Part shown: positions 1-14,340 of the stretch, piece after piece
Position numbering within the stretch: position 1 is the first letter of the stretch
How the letters are laid out: each line of letters begins with the position of its first letter
From: the human T2T-CHM13v2.0 reference genome, Homo sapiens
Assembly (NCBI RefSeq): GCF_009914755.1
Contig: NC_060931.1
Length of the DNA stretch: 64,000 nucleotides
Reading direction: 5' to 3' (one strand)
Position numbers and translations under genes: made by a program
Notes under the pieces: generated by a model
Seen by the model: only the letters and a program-made list of their open reading frames with translations
Told to the model about the DNA's origin: nothing
Database searches by the model: none

Positions 1-792
1 AAGGCTCACTAAATGCAAAGAAATTTCTCAGTTTGCCTTTGATTTAGTATCCATGGCTTGGGTTTGTAATTGGCCACCCTGCTTTATTTATTCTCATCTC
101 CTTTGGTATAATTTTCATTAGGTGAAATTGCCAAGAGAGTCAGACAATGGGAAGAGGACTGGTAAGTTTCTTGTGACTACAGACAGACCTCTCTGTGGAA
201 CAGCACTGGTCCTGGAGGGACTTGGGGACATGTGGGCAAGGTACAGGGGCACCCCAGCAGGACCAGGTAGGAGCTGGTTTGGTACCAGGTGACTTAGGCC
301 TAAGTCACCTGCCGGCAGTATAGACTGGGCTGGGAGCATTCAGTTGGGACTGTCAGACAGCGTTTTCTTCCACCACACTCAGCTACCTCCTGCACTTTCC
401 CTAACTAGACTAGGAAGGTCTGTGCTTCCTAGACCTTCCTAGACCTTCTATGCTACAGGAAGGTCTATGCTTTTATTTGTAAAGATCTTTGGTGGATTTG
501 TAGGATACTATAAGAGATATTGTGGCTGTAAGATTAACAATAGCCATAAGGCCCACTGAAACATCTTGCGGGGCTGACACTATGTGTTTCTTAGCAGTAT
601 GAGGCAACTTGGCTTGGGGATTTCCAACCCTGGCCCCAGGATTTCTAGGAGATAAGGCCACCTCAGCACAGATGAAGCTTTCATAAACCTTGAAACAAAT
701 CTTACCCTTACAGAAATAGCTTAAGCTGCCTTTATGAAAGAAATACTTGGTAATGGACCCAGACTGAATACAGGCTTAAGAAAGGGGGAAGA

Positions 793-1666
<874 letters not shown>

Positions 1667-1761
1667 TCAGATAATTATGATTATAGAGGTTCAGAGATGA
1701 AAGAACAGGAGCTATTACTTGGTTAATTCCTTTGTCTAACTCCTTATTTGGCACCATCCAA

Positions 1762-1850
1762 GCTCCCTGGAGCCTCGAGCTCCTGGGCTCAGGCGATCTT
1801 CCCACCTCAGCCTCCCCAGCAGCTGGGACCACAGGTGGCAGACTGCTTTT
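1762..1850 (-). mobile_element. Partial old Alu/FLAM fragment
   Basis: ctcctgggctcaggcgatcttcccacctcagcctcccc...agctgggaccacagg. Confidence 0.75.
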
Positions 1851-1861
1851 TCTTTCTATAT

Positions 1862-2317
1862 TGTATGAGTTTCCTGGGGCTGCCCTAACAATTGACCACA
1901 AACTGTGTGGCTTAAAGTAACAGACTCTTATTTCCTGTTGTAGGGGCTGGGAAGTCCAAAATCATGGTGTTGGCAGGGCCATGCTCCCTCTGGAGGCTCC
2001 AGGGGTGGTTCCTTCCTCACCTCTTCCAGGGTCTGGCAGTTGCCAGCTGTCTTTGGTGTTCCTTGGTTTGTAGATGTGTCTCTCCAATCTCTGCCTCCTT
2101 CATCACAGGGCCTTCTCCCTATATGTGTCCACACCTCTGCATGTCTCCAAATCTCTCTCTTCTCATAAGTCATTAGACTAGGCCTACTCTAATCCATCAT
2201 GACCTCATCTTAATTTGACTGCATCTGCAAAGATCCCATTTCCAAATAATGTCACATTCACAGGTACCGGAGTTAAGACTCTGCATATTTTTGAGAGGAC
2301 ACAATTCATTCCACAAC
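1862..2317 (-). mobile_element. MaLR LTR (MLT1C/D-like)
   Basis: ggctgccctaacaattgaccacaaactg...ggcttaa; gtcacattcacaggtacc; ggacacaattca ends. Confidence 0.85.
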
Positions 2318-2659
2318 ACATATTTTTACATAATTTTTATCACATTTTTGATACAATTTGAAGCCTACACTTTCCACCTAACATTTTAATACATTTCTTT
2401 GTTAGTTCTCATTGCAAATAATGACTTTTAATGCTCAATCATACTCTGCAGTGCATGTGTGTGCTTGTGGTGTGTGTCTGCCTGGTCACCTGTGCACATG
2501 TATGGAACATGTGGCTTAGCATGTACATGTGCCTAGGTGAGTGTGTGTATGTATATGTGAGTGTAGATGTCTTCACGTGCAGCAAGATCCAGTTAAATGT
2601 GCCATTTGTGTCTTTCTGTAGTGGGATGCTTCCCCAACACAAAAACATGCACGATCTTA

Positions 2660-2815
2660 CCCAATCTTCACAACAGCCTTGGGAGCTGGGAAGGGAGGGG
2701 TAATTACATCTCCATCCAAAGGAGGAAAATGAGACTTAGAAAACCAATGGGTGCTTGAGATTATTAAGCTAGTGAGTGACAAAACCAGGACACAAATCCA
2801 GCTGTTCTATAAGCA
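2660..2815 (-). mobile_element. MIR SINE fragment
   Basis: atcttcacaacagcc...gaggaaaatgagacttaga...ctagtgagtgac, reverse of the MIR core. Confidence 0.6.
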
Positions 2816-3119
2816 AAACTGTTGTCTTGTATGTTCCAGTGGAGCCTTCAAATATGTCCTCATGAACATTGTCACATATGGGGCCCAAAAAGATCCACCC
2901 AAGCACCTCTGGTGCCTTGGTTCCAACCACATAAAAATGGAAGTTTCTGGAAATCACTGTGTGTTTTTTTCCACATCTCCTTGATTTTGTTCATGTGGCT
3001 GACTCTGCCTGGAATGCCCTATGCCCTGTTTGCTCATCTGACTAGATGTGGATCTAACAACATCTGGATCAAACATCACTACCTCCAGGGGGCCTTCCTG
3101 ACTCTACTGGCCATGCTTG

Positions 3120-3575
3120 GAAGCTTCCTGAGGGCTCTTCAGAAACTCAGCAGATGCTGGCATCATGCTTCCTGTGCAGCCTGCAGAACCATGAGCCAAT
3201 TAAACCTCTTTTCTTTCTAAATTACCCATCCTCAGGCACTTCTTTTTTTTTTTTTGAAATGGAGTCTCGCTCTGTCGCCCAGTTTGGAGTGCAGTGACGC
3301 GATCTCAGCTCACTGCAAGCTCCGCCTCCCGGGTTCATGCCATTCTCCTGCCTCAGCCTCCTGAGTAGCTGAGACTACTGGCACCCGCCACCACACTGGC
3401 TAATTTTTTGTATTTTTAGTAGAGACGGGGTTTCACTGTGTTAGCCAGGATGGTCTCGATTTCCTGACCTCGTGATCCACCCCCTTGGCCTCCCAAAGTG
3501 CTGGGATTACAGGCGTGAGCCACCACGCCCGGCCTCAGGCACTTCTTTATAGCAACACAAGAATAGCCTAACACA
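3120..3575 (+). mobile_element. MaLR MST-type LTR 3' part, split by AluY
   Basis: gcagatgctggcatcatgcttcctgtgcagcctgcagaaccatgagccaattaaacctc...ctttatagcaacacaagaatagcctaacaca. Confidence 0.8.
3246..3534 (-). mobile_element. AluY SINE with 14-bp TSD
   Basis: AluY diagnostic gcaagctccgcctcccgggttcatgccattctcc; TSD tcaggcacttcttt at 3232-3245 and 3535-3548. Confidence 0.95.
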
Positions 3576-5344
3576 GCCTGTGCCTTGCTCAGCTCTGTGC
3601 CTGTAACTCTGTGCTCTGAACCCACCATGGGGTCGGGTTCAGAGACAAATGCTAACATTGCACAATCAGCTAGGAAGATGGTTATGAGGAATTTGGATGC
3701 AGAACTAACATGAAACACTGGCTACTGATTCAGGGCTCTCCAAAGTGTTCCTGGGAGCTAAGAAGACACTAAAGCCCAGGTTCACTGTTCACTTCCTCCT
3801 GCCATGTTTACTGGCTTCTCCGTTTCTAGCAATAATCACCTCCCTGGCATCTAGAAGGTTCCCTGCAAACACTAAGGGTCCTGAAGTCCTGGGCGACATA
3901 TACAAGGTGCACACAAAGGATCTGATGCCACTCAAGGGCCAGCTGTGTGCCCTTGTGCTTGCAGCCCCTGCTGCCCCACGGACCTTGTGCATGGCATTGC
4001 CATATCCCAGGACAGGCTGGTGTCCACATGAAACAGGCACTTCACAGATATCGTGTGCAACTGTGTTATCATTATCTTCCTGGCATCCCCTGGAAAGCTG
4101 GACAACTTTAGCTTGTGAAATATCAAAGAAGTTATTGATCTATTGATGGACACCAGCATCATGATTAACAAGCAAATACATTTGGACATGGTGTATGCTG
4201 GGGACTTGAGAAACCAATTCTACCCATTTAAACAGAAAAGGTATTTAATGCAGGATGGTAACAGCCATCTCAAGTTGAGCTAGGGGTGGCTGGCAAAAGG
4301 CTTAGAGCCTGTAGGGCCAGGACCACTGCCCCTTCCCAGTGCTGAGCTGCCCCAGAGCTGACACCATGCTAGGACCCTGCAGCAGGCACTGCCAGGGTGA
4401 GGCTCAGGATGCAACTGCTACCCTTGCCATAATGGACACCATACGGCACCTGCTTCTCCCAGTGGGCAGTCCCAGGGACCCGTGTCTATTACCCAGCTAT
4501 AGAGGGTCTGTGCTAGGAGGATGCTGCATCAGAAGGGGATGATCCCCCAGCCCCATGAAGGCACTCAGTAACACTGCGTGGCCCACTCTCTTCAAAGCCT
4601 TCCTTTCATGTCCAGAACAGCCCAGCCTGAGAAAGGTGGCCAAGGACTGTGTGGAGGAGGGTGGAGTAGAGACTTTCTCCTCCCAATTCCCTGGCATTGC
4701 CCTTAGGACCTTTGCCCTGATTCCTTCTTCTTGTGAGATCTCTGTGTCTTTGGACAATTGGCTGCCTCCCATTGGGACCAAGAAGGTTCTAAGTGTTCCC
4801 ATAGCTCAGGATCAGGATCTCACTTGTGTCCTTTCAGATTTCACAGAGAAAATTGGAGCCCCCAAACTCACACTCCATTGCTATGGTCCCAGAATTACCA
4901 CAGGGAAGGCCGATTATGGCCAGGATGGTGGGAGTCTGTGAGCTGTCGTGGAACATCAGGAGAAGGGGAATCCAGAGCCCTGGCCACTGGGGGTGAGTCC
5001 CCCGAATCTGGGTACCCCTCCTTTCTACCACCTGACAGAACAAGGGAATACGTGCAAAATGCAGCCTAGGTAGTGGCGGTTAGTTTGTTTGATGTGGAAG
5101 TGGGCAGGTACTTGCACTGGTTTTTGGAACAAATGTGGGGTCAGGGTGACCTGGAGCCAGGCAGGTCACATGGCTGTGAGGCCCAGCTGGGACCTTGGAC
5201 AGGGCATGGCCCACAAGGCTGGGCTGTAGACTCAGCAGGTAGTGGAAGGGAGAGGCTGTGGGACTCACCAGGGGCTGGGGAAAGCCCATCAGACCCTAGA
5301 CTCTGTGGCTGCCCTCTCCTTCAGGCTGCACTGACACAGTGACG

Positions 5345-5445
5345 GGCACTTCACAGACAGGACCTGAGGTTCCTGGAGGGTGAGCATGCTGCCCAAGGTT
5401 GCACAGGACAAGAAGGAGGTGGGACTAGGGTCCAGATCGCATTCA
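5345..5445 (-). mobile_element. MIR fragment
   Basis: ttcacagacaggacctgaggttcctggagggtgagcatgctgcccaaggttgcacag. Confidence 0.55.
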
Positions 5446-6699
5446 TAAAGTGGGCACCAGCTACCGGCTCTGGAAACCATAGTGAGGTGACTGGTGCTGC
5501 CCTGGAAAGAGAAAAATGCCTCCTCCAGACCCTTGATGCCCACAGAAATGCTGTCTTCCAGAGATGAGATGCTGTCTTCAGAATGAGGCTGCTGGCAAGA
5601 CTTCTTCCAAAGGGCACAATCACATGCCTTATTGTTTATTTCTATAGCAACAGAAACAGCTCCAAAAAATTAAAAATAATAATCCAATGTTATTGGTGAA
5701 GCAATCCTATGGCTTCAGAAAATTTTAACATTTCTCATTCATTATTATTCCCTGTTGGCCTTTAATTACCCTACATTGGTAATGCCAGCTAAGCCAATCA
5801 TGATAATTCCAAATAACTTAGTTAATCCCTCCTTTTGTAGGATGTAGTCAGGAGGAGTGAAAATGTCCTATCTAGATAATAAATGAGTCAGTGTCGGGGC
5901 CCTGCTATAAAACAGGGAGGGCAGTGAACATTCGAGTATGGACATGGCACGCTGCATGGTGACCTGCAGAGATTATCTTATTTTACAAAAGATTCTATAA
6001 TGTGAGATATGCCCTTATACCCCTTCTAGGTCTCCCCAGTCACATCACTGTCTTCCCCTATGGAGCTAACTAGCTTCCTGAATTTTGTCTTAATCTTTTT
6101 TCCTTTCTTTGCTTTATAGTTTTTGAATCCCTGTATTTGAGTCCCTGAGCAGCATGTTGTATAGTTTTGCCTGCTTTTGACCTTCCCTGGATGGACTCAT
6201 ACCGTATTGATTATTGTGCAACTTGCTTCTTTTAGGGACATTGTGTCTCTTCCAGCCCTCCACACCTGTGCCTATAGCAACCGTGCATTTGGTCTTGCTG
6301 CAGGTCAGTCACCCATGTGTGAAGACAGGGCTATTGGTCCCAGAATCAGGCCAACTTGGAGCCAGCTGGGCCCCAGTCACCACTGGTATTTAGAATACCA
6401 GTTGAAACAAAAAAAAAGTCAAATCCAAAATAACATTTTCAAATACCTAATAAATTATAGGTAAATACAGGTTTTGTTTGATGAGAAAAGGAAAAAAAAT
6501 ACAATACACATTTAAGATATTTAATTTAATGAATTCTAAGACTTGTCAAGCTTGCGTTTGAAAGTTAACAAAAACTAACAAAAATCAGCTAATTAGATAT
6601 ACTATTTCAACAATGATATTGAAGACTTAGCTGATAAAAGACAAACTGATATACAAAAATCACAGGCAGTTCTATAAGGACTGGAATTTTAAAAAATTA

Positions 6700-7140
6700 T
6701 ATTTAATTGTTTTAAATTGATGAATGACAGAATTGTATATATTTATGATGTAAAACGTGATGTTTTTTACATACGTATATATTGTGGAATGATTGAATCA
6801 AGCTAGTTAGCATATCCATCACCTCACATATTTACTATTTTCATGATGAGAATATTTTCTACTCTCTTACTGATTTTCAGGTAGACAATACGTTACATTA
6901 ACTGTAGTCACCATGATGTGCAATAGATTTCTGAGTTTATTCCTCCTGTCGAACTGAAACTTTGCACCCTTGAACTAACATCTCCCCAACTGGCTCCCTG
7001 CTGCCCCAGCCTGTGGCAACCATCATTTCACTCTCTGTTTCTATGAGTTTTTTTTTTTTTTAATATTTCACATAAAAGTGAGATCATGCACTATTTATCT
7101 TCCTGTGCCAGGCTTATTTTACTAAGTATAATGTCATTTT
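6700..7140 (-). mobile_element. L1MA-type 3' end
   Basis: tatattgtggaatgattgaatcaagctagttagcatatccatcacctcacata; agtgagatcatgc. Confidence 0.85.
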
Positions 7141-7371
7141 TATAGTTATTATGCCACAGAAACAGAGAAATTATTCAGAACCATAAGTAATTTCATTGAT
7201 GGTAAGAGAAAATTTCTACTATTTATAACTACAAGTCACCTAATGGCTACCAACTTAATGGGGAAATTAGTGAAAGAGCTGGAAAAATTTCCAAGTTAAA
7301 TCATGGCACCATTTTGCTTGTAACAGCTTCAGCAGACAAAATATTGAGCAAATAATTTATTTAAAAAATTA

Positions 7372-7955
7372 GAAACCACAGAGAGATATTACCTCACACC
7401 GATTAGGATGGCTACTATTAAAACAAACAAACAAAAACCACAGGAGGAAAATAACAAGTGTTGGTGAGGCTGTGGAGAATTGGGAACTCTTGCGCACTAT
7501 TGGTGGGAAGGTAAAATGGTGCAGTTGCTGTGGAAAACAATATGGCAATTCCTTAAAAAATTGAAAATAAAATTACCACAAGATCCAGTAATTCCACTAC
7601 TGGGCATATGCCCAGAAGAACTGAAAGCACATGGAAGAATCTCAAGGAAATTATGCTAAGTGAAAGAAGCCAGACATGAAAGGACAAATGCAGTATGATT
7701 CCACTCATGTAAGGTAATTAGTGTAGTGAAACCTACAGAAACAGAAAGTAGAATGGTGTTTGTCAGGGGCTGGGTGTAGGAGAGACTAGGGAGTTAGTGT
7801 TTAATGGGCACAGCTTCAGTTTTGCAAGATGTAAATAATTCTGGAAATGGATGGTGGTGACGGTTGCACAATAATATGACACTGAACTGTGCCCTTGAGA
7901 AGGGTTAAGATGGTGACTTTTGCTATCTGTATTTTACCACAATTAAAATTTCTTT
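7372..7955 (+). mobile_element. L1MB-type ORF2 end and 3'UTR
   Basis: cacaccgattaggatggctactatt; atgctaagtgaaagaagccagac; ggaaatggatggtggtgacggttgcaca. Confidence 0.85.
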
Positions 7956-8169
7956 TTCAATTAGAAATTGTTAGAGTTGATAAAAAGTTTGCAGTCTAAT
8001 TTACATTGCTTGGTAAGCACTATGTAATATAATATTGTTCTATCTAAAAAAGGGAATTTTTACTTAGATTTATGTATTAATAACTTATACCATGCAAGTT
8101 GTTAAATATTGTCTCTCATCACTGTAAATACCACAACCACTTTTACCTATCACACTTTTCTAGGAGAGA

Positions 8170-9420
8170 ACTGGCCTCTACAACCTTCTTAAAGATAATT
8201 TCTGGTGCAGCGCATGTGCAAGAGTTTCTGTGTCTGGCATCTAGAGCTAGGATGACAAGGACCTTGTTTGGGGATATGTGCACTTTCAACTTTACTAAGT
8301 CAGCACAGAAGTTATAAATTTCCACGTCAGTCATATTTTAACTGCAACCCACAAATTATGATAAATGTCATTCTCATCCTCCCTCAGTTTTAAATATGAT
8401 CTTGTTCTCATTATTTCCTTTTTTGTCCATAAATTCAGATATTGTATGAGGTTTTATTTCCAAATGTGTGATGCTTTTCTCATTTTCTTTTTGCTATTGA
8501 TTTCTAACTTAATTGAATTGTGGTCAGAGAATGGGTTTTACCATTTGAAATTTATTGAAGTTAGCAAGTGCTTAACAAGAATGCGTACTGCATAATTGCT
8601 AAGTGCAATGTTCTATAAATGTTTATTAGATCCAGATTGTTAACTTTGTTGTTCAGATCTACATTTCTGCTGAGTTTTTAGCCTGCTTGATCTACCTATT
8701 AATGAAAAAAGTGGTTTAAATCCTCCATTTTGATAGTGCATTTGTCAAATGTTCTTAGTTTCCCGACAATTTTTGCTGTGTACAATTCGAGACTTTTATC
8801 AGGCACTTACAAGCTTAGAGATGTTATATCTTACTGCTAAATTGAACCTTTTCTCAAAAACTAATGTGTCTGATATTCAAATAACTGCATCAGCTATCTT
8901 CTGGTTAGTATTTGTCTAATATACATTTTTTCTGTCCTTAGGTTTTAACTGTCTCTGTGTCCTGAAGTTTTTGTTGTGTCTTTTTATAAAGTGAAAAATT
9001 GTTAGGCTTGTTTTAAAAAGACACAGTCTGACATTTCTGTCTTGTAACTGAAGTTTATATAGTTACATTTATTTTGATTTCTTATATATTTGTACATAAT
9101 TTTATCATCTTAAGTTTTTTTTTTTTTGGTCTGTTCTGTTTTCTATTTCCTTCTTTCATGCCATCATTTTCATTGATTTTCTTTTGTTTTTTTTTTCTGG
9201 TTCCATTTATTTCCTACCACCAGGTTGGCAGTTGTGTGTTCTGTCCCTCTTATTTAAGTGGCTATGCCAGGTATATTAACATGTATACTTAATTTTACAG
9301 TGCAACATTAATTACCTTCACCCTAATAATTCAAGGACTTTAGAATGTTTTATTGCGTATCAGCCCTGCCCAACTTATGCTATTGTTGTTTTAATTTTTA
9401 TTTTTCATTTTTATATTTTA
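8170..9420 (-). mobile_element. Old L1M fragment (ORF1/ORF2 5' region)
   Basis: ttctaacttaattgaattgtggtcagaga and other degenerate L1 antisense motifs. Confidence 0.6.
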
Positions 9421-9719
9421 TCTAGTATTTTAGTTGATTCGGTCAGAAAGGTCATTTGGGGTACTTAATCCACCACACCACCAGAGTCAAAATTCAAACT
9501 CCTCTTTAATCCCCTACTTTCTAGGTCTTTCTTTGGTTCTCACAGAAAAAAAATCACGTGAAATTCTATAAATTTTCATTCTTTTAGTGGGCACTTATAG
9601 GAACTCTCCTAAATAGATGCACGCTTCCTTCTGTGCACACGCATGGTTGAAATTACTAAAAGTTGAGGAAATAATGCTTTATAATAACTGCCAGTTTATG
9701 TTGGTCATGAATTTCATGA

Positions 9720-9845
9720 TTTTTTTTTTTTTTGAGATAGGGTCTCACTATGTTGCCAGGCTGGACTTGAACTCCTGGGCTCAAGCGACTCCACTGCTTG
9801 GCCTCTGAATAGGTGGGACTATAGGAGTCTGCCACCATGCGCATC
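9720..9845 (-). mobile_element. FLAM-type Alu monomer
   Basis: poly-T then gagatagggtctcactatgttgccaggctggacttgaactcctgggctcaagcg. Confidence 0.85.
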
Positions 9846-10954
9846 TTTGATATTCTTATTTTTAAAATTTAAATTACTAAAAATATTGCTACATGATTAT
9901 TGACTTAATTTGTTTACATTTGTTTGGTTAACTTACAGTATATAGTGGTGCATTGTTGTATCAACTTCATTTTGGTTTATTTTTCAATAAGTAGACTAAA
10001 GACTTATGCACAGATCAACTATGAATCATCTTTTATTGATACAACATAAATAATAAATAACTTATCGGCAAAATTTAATTTATGCAGTGACAATTTTTAC
10101 TCAAGTTCTGTCTTTACATGAAAGTAGGAATAATGGGGTAGGTGGGTCATGGGGTTGTTTGTCCCACTTAGGTTAAAGACTCTGGTGTGGAGAAGAGACA
10201 GGAGATGCTGAATCAGATGCCTCAGACTCCAATTCTGGATCTACTGCTGATAACGGTGACACTGGACATGTCATCTCACTGTGCCTTGCGGCAGCAACTA
10301 TTCTGAACATGATCTAAGCTTACACTCATCCATCATGAGTGTGCAGCTAAGTACATCAGGACCAAGACCAAGATATGTGAACTTGCACGAATCCCCAATG
10401 TTCGCTCTGCAAACATCAGCATTCCATCACCAACGGCATACAGGAAAAGCAAAGGGGAAAATGGACACCTACTGCAGTATTGCTGGTGACCCTAGGTGCA
10501 GACTTCCTTTTCATGAAATTCAAGACACAGCCTGGACTAAGAGGAAGGAATTGGGACAAGGCAGGTCCTGTTATGACATACAATATGGACTTTAAATGGG
10601 ACCTCAAGTCCAGCAGGTCCTAAGACCTCCAGCAGCCCCTACGTGACCATTATATTTCTAAATGTCACTAGTTGCAAACTGACACACCACTTGAGTAATT
10701 AAAACAATGGACTTCACACTGTTTTGTTTATGTACTCTCAGAATAATATTGATAGAATTTTTTTTAGGTTGACATATAAAAACATTCATCATAAGGTTAA
10801 ATATTGCAAAGAATGTAATTTTTGGAGTAATGTAAATATTAACATTTTAAAGTAAAACTGTGACATCACTTTCAAACATATCTGATGAAATAGGAATACA
10901 GTAGCATTTAGATATGCACCATTTATCCATTTGGAAATGTATGGAAAAGACCCG

Positions 10955-11320
10955 TGTCTGGTAAAGATGGAGTAACAAAGACCAGCCTACTCTCCTATAC
11001 AAACAACACCCCCACACCAAAACAACAACAACAACAACAACAAAAAACCAGATAAAATGTATGCAACACTGATTTTCAAGCCATTGTCTTATATTAGACA
11101 TCAAGTAATGTAAGACAGTGATCTCTGAGAGGCAGAAAATAAGAGAGATAAGCCCCTGACTGCCCGAGTTCACAGCCCTTCAACAGTTTCCAGGCCATGG
11201 CACAGGGATGGGGATGCCAGGAGGAGCCTGGGTGTGGTATTGGCATTAAAATAGATCAATGGAATAGGTAGAATGTCCAGAAAAAAACCCCAGACATATA
11301 TGGTCAAATAATTTTTTGAT
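10955..11320 (+). mobile_element. Old L1M 5' region plus ORF2 fragment
   Basis: ctggtaaagatggagtaac...; atagatcaatggaatag...ccagacatatatggtcaa. Confidence 0.55.
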
Positions 11321-13645
11321 ATTTATTTTATTAAACTTATAATTTTGAGGTAATTTGATGTTCACGTACCATTGTATTAATACAAAGAGTTCCTTTGTGC
11401 CCCTTTAACAGTTTCCCCCAAAAGTAACATTTTACAAAATTAAGTACAGTAGCACAGCCAGGATATTGACATTGATATGGACAAGATACAGAACATTTTA
11501 ATCAACACGAGTACCTCTCAGGTTCCCCTTTTATTAATATTTTCACAACCAACTTGCTCTTTCACTCCTTTAACTCTTGGCAACAACTAATTTGTTCTCT
11601 GTTTTGATAAACTACTAATTTGTTCTCCATTTTGATAAACTATTAATTTGTTCTCCATTTGATGATTTTGTCATTTTAAGAGTGTTATATAAATGGAATC
11701 ATACAATATGCAACCTTCTGAAATTGGCTTTTATCACTCTGCATAATTCTCTGGAGATTCATTCAAGTTGTGAGTCTCAGCAGTTCATTCCTTGTTACTG
11801 CTAGCTGGTATTCCCTGTCATGAATATAACTGTGTATTTAACGACTCACCCACTTAAGGGCACCCCAATTGTTTCCAGTTTTTGGCTTAAAAATACAGTT
11901 GCTGTGAACATTTATGTAGAGGTTTTTGTGTGCACACAAACTTTCATTGCTCTGAGATTGCCCAGGAGTGCAACTGTTGGGCTGTAACAGCACACAAAAC
12001 GTAATAGTTGCATGTTTAGGTTTGCAAGAAATTTCCAGGCCCTTTTCCAGAGTGACTGTACTACTTTACATTCCTATCAGCAATGTGTAAGAGATCTAGT
12101 TTCTCCATAACCTCACCAGAATTTCGTGTTATTACTAATGTGTATTTTGGCTGTTGTAATAATGTGTAATGATATCATATAGTGATTTTAATTTGGATTT
12201 TCTAATAGCTAAAGATATTGGGCATCCTTTCATGTTTGACATATTTATGTCCTCTCTGGTAAAATGTCTGTTCATATTTTTTACACACTTTCAAATTGAT
12301 TATTTGGCTTTTACTTTTGCGTTTTGAGAGTTCTTTAGATATACTAGATACCAATTCTTTGTCAGAAATGTGGTTTCCGTATGTTTTCTTGCAGCCTGTA
12401 GCTTGACACTTAATTCTCTGAGGCTGTTTTGCAGAGCAAAAGTTTTAAATTTCGATTAAGTCTAATTTAGCACTTTCTCTTTTAATGGATAGTGCTATTA
12501 GTGTCAGGTTTAACAACACTTTGCCTAGTGCTAGATTACTAAAATTTTCTCCTGTTTTTCTATGAAAGCTGTATGTTTAAGTCTATGCTATATTTTGAGT
12601 TAATTTTTGTATAAGATTAAAGTTGAGGTCTTTTTCTTGCTGATGGCTATTCAATTGCTCTTGCATCATTTGTTGGAAGGGCTATTCCTCTCCACTGAAT
12701 TGTTTTTGCAACTTTGTCAAAAATCAGTTGCGCATATTTGTGTGAGTCTATTTATAAATTCCCTTTTCTGCTCCACTGATCTGTCTATCCCTCTGCCCAT
12801 ACCACATGTTCTTGATTACCATAGTATATAGTAGGAATTAATATCAGATAGAGTGAGTCCTCTCACTTAATTCTTTCCAGAATAGTTTTTGCTATTCTAG
12901 GGCCTGTGCTGTTCCACATAAATTTTAAAATAATCTTGTCTGTTTAATAAAAAATATTTTCTGGGATTTTGATAGGAAATGCATTACAACTGTACATGAA
13001 TTTGGGGGGAAGTGATATCTTTACTATGTAGAGTCCTCCAATCCATGAATGCAGTATATCCCTCCATTTATTTAGATCTTTTATTTCTTTCATCAGCATT
13101 TTGTAGTTTTTAGCATATTAGTACTAGACATGTTTTATTACATCTAAGTGTTTCTTTTATTTTTGCGTGATTGTAAATGGCATTACATAATTAATTTTAG
13201 TTTCTATGTGTTCTTTGTTAGTATATAAAAGCAATGGATTTTTGAATGTTTATCTTACATCCTGTGGCTTTGCTGAACTCATTAGTGTAGAAGTTTTGTG
13301 TAGCTTCTTTGGTGTTTTCTGTGTAGATGATCATGTCACTTGCAAATAGAGACAGTTTTATTTCTTCCTTTCTGATTGGTGTGCTTTCTAATTCTATTTT
13401 GTTGCCTTAGAGCTAGGATGTCCAGTGTTGTTATGACTAAGAGTAGAGAGAGCTGACATGTATACCTTGTTCCACATTTGAGAGGAAAAGCTTCCAGTCT
13501 TCCACTGTTAACTATGTTAGCTGTAAACTTTTTAGATTCTCTCTCAAGTTGAGAGGTTTTCCCTCAATGCCTGTTTTTCTGAGAATTTTTTAAAAAATCA
13601 TGAATAGGTATTGAATTTTTTCAATTTTTTTCAACATTCATTCAT
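11320..13645 (-). mobile_element. L1MC-type 3'UTR and ORF2 fragment
   Basis: cacagccaggatattgacattgata; tatataaatggaatcatacaatatg; long degenerate antisense ORF2. Confidence 0.85.
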
Positions 13646-13676
13646 AAATGTATTCCTTTTGTTAAATATTTATTAA

Positions 13677-14007
<331 letters not shown>

Positions 14008-14019
14008 GAATATGTATTT

Positions 14020-14340
14020 CTTAATGAGATACACAGGTTTGAGCTGTTTTTTTCCTATCTGTTCATCTATCAATGGTTAAATATTACCTATGTTTTAAAT
14101 GTTTATTTTTCTTCATTATGGAAGTAAGCCCTGAGAAACTGTTCACATAATTAACTAGTTGGAACTGAGAAGTGTTTTTCAAGTAATGTTATTTAATTAT
14201 TTCAACTCTTTTAAACTTCTGTGTCAAAAATCCCACAGAATTTCTAATGATCTATAAGCTGATAATACCCTTGTGCTTTCTTTCAATTGTGTTGAAAGCA
14301 AACAATTGGAATTTCTATGATTTGCCAAGGGATTTTTAAG
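14020..14340 (-). mobile_element. hAT-Charlie transposase C-terminal relic; probably continues at 13650-13715 and 10700-10950
   Basis: Minus strand reads approximately PTS*LCEQ-FSGLTSIMKKN (frameshifted), resembling the hATC motif PTTYLCExGFS. Confidence 0.55.

Larger units (their letters stand above)
6326..10185. mobile_element. Putative hAT-type DNA transposon fossil, fragmented by nested L1/Alu insertions
   Basis: cag.../...ctg termini; 8-bp flanking repeat tgtgaaga / tgtggaga; AT-rich segments between the L1 inserts. Confidence 0.4.

Noticed and set aside
11582-11665. 28-bp repeats as a CRISPR-like array
   Set aside because: Head-to-tail with no spacers, inside an L1 in mammalian DNA.
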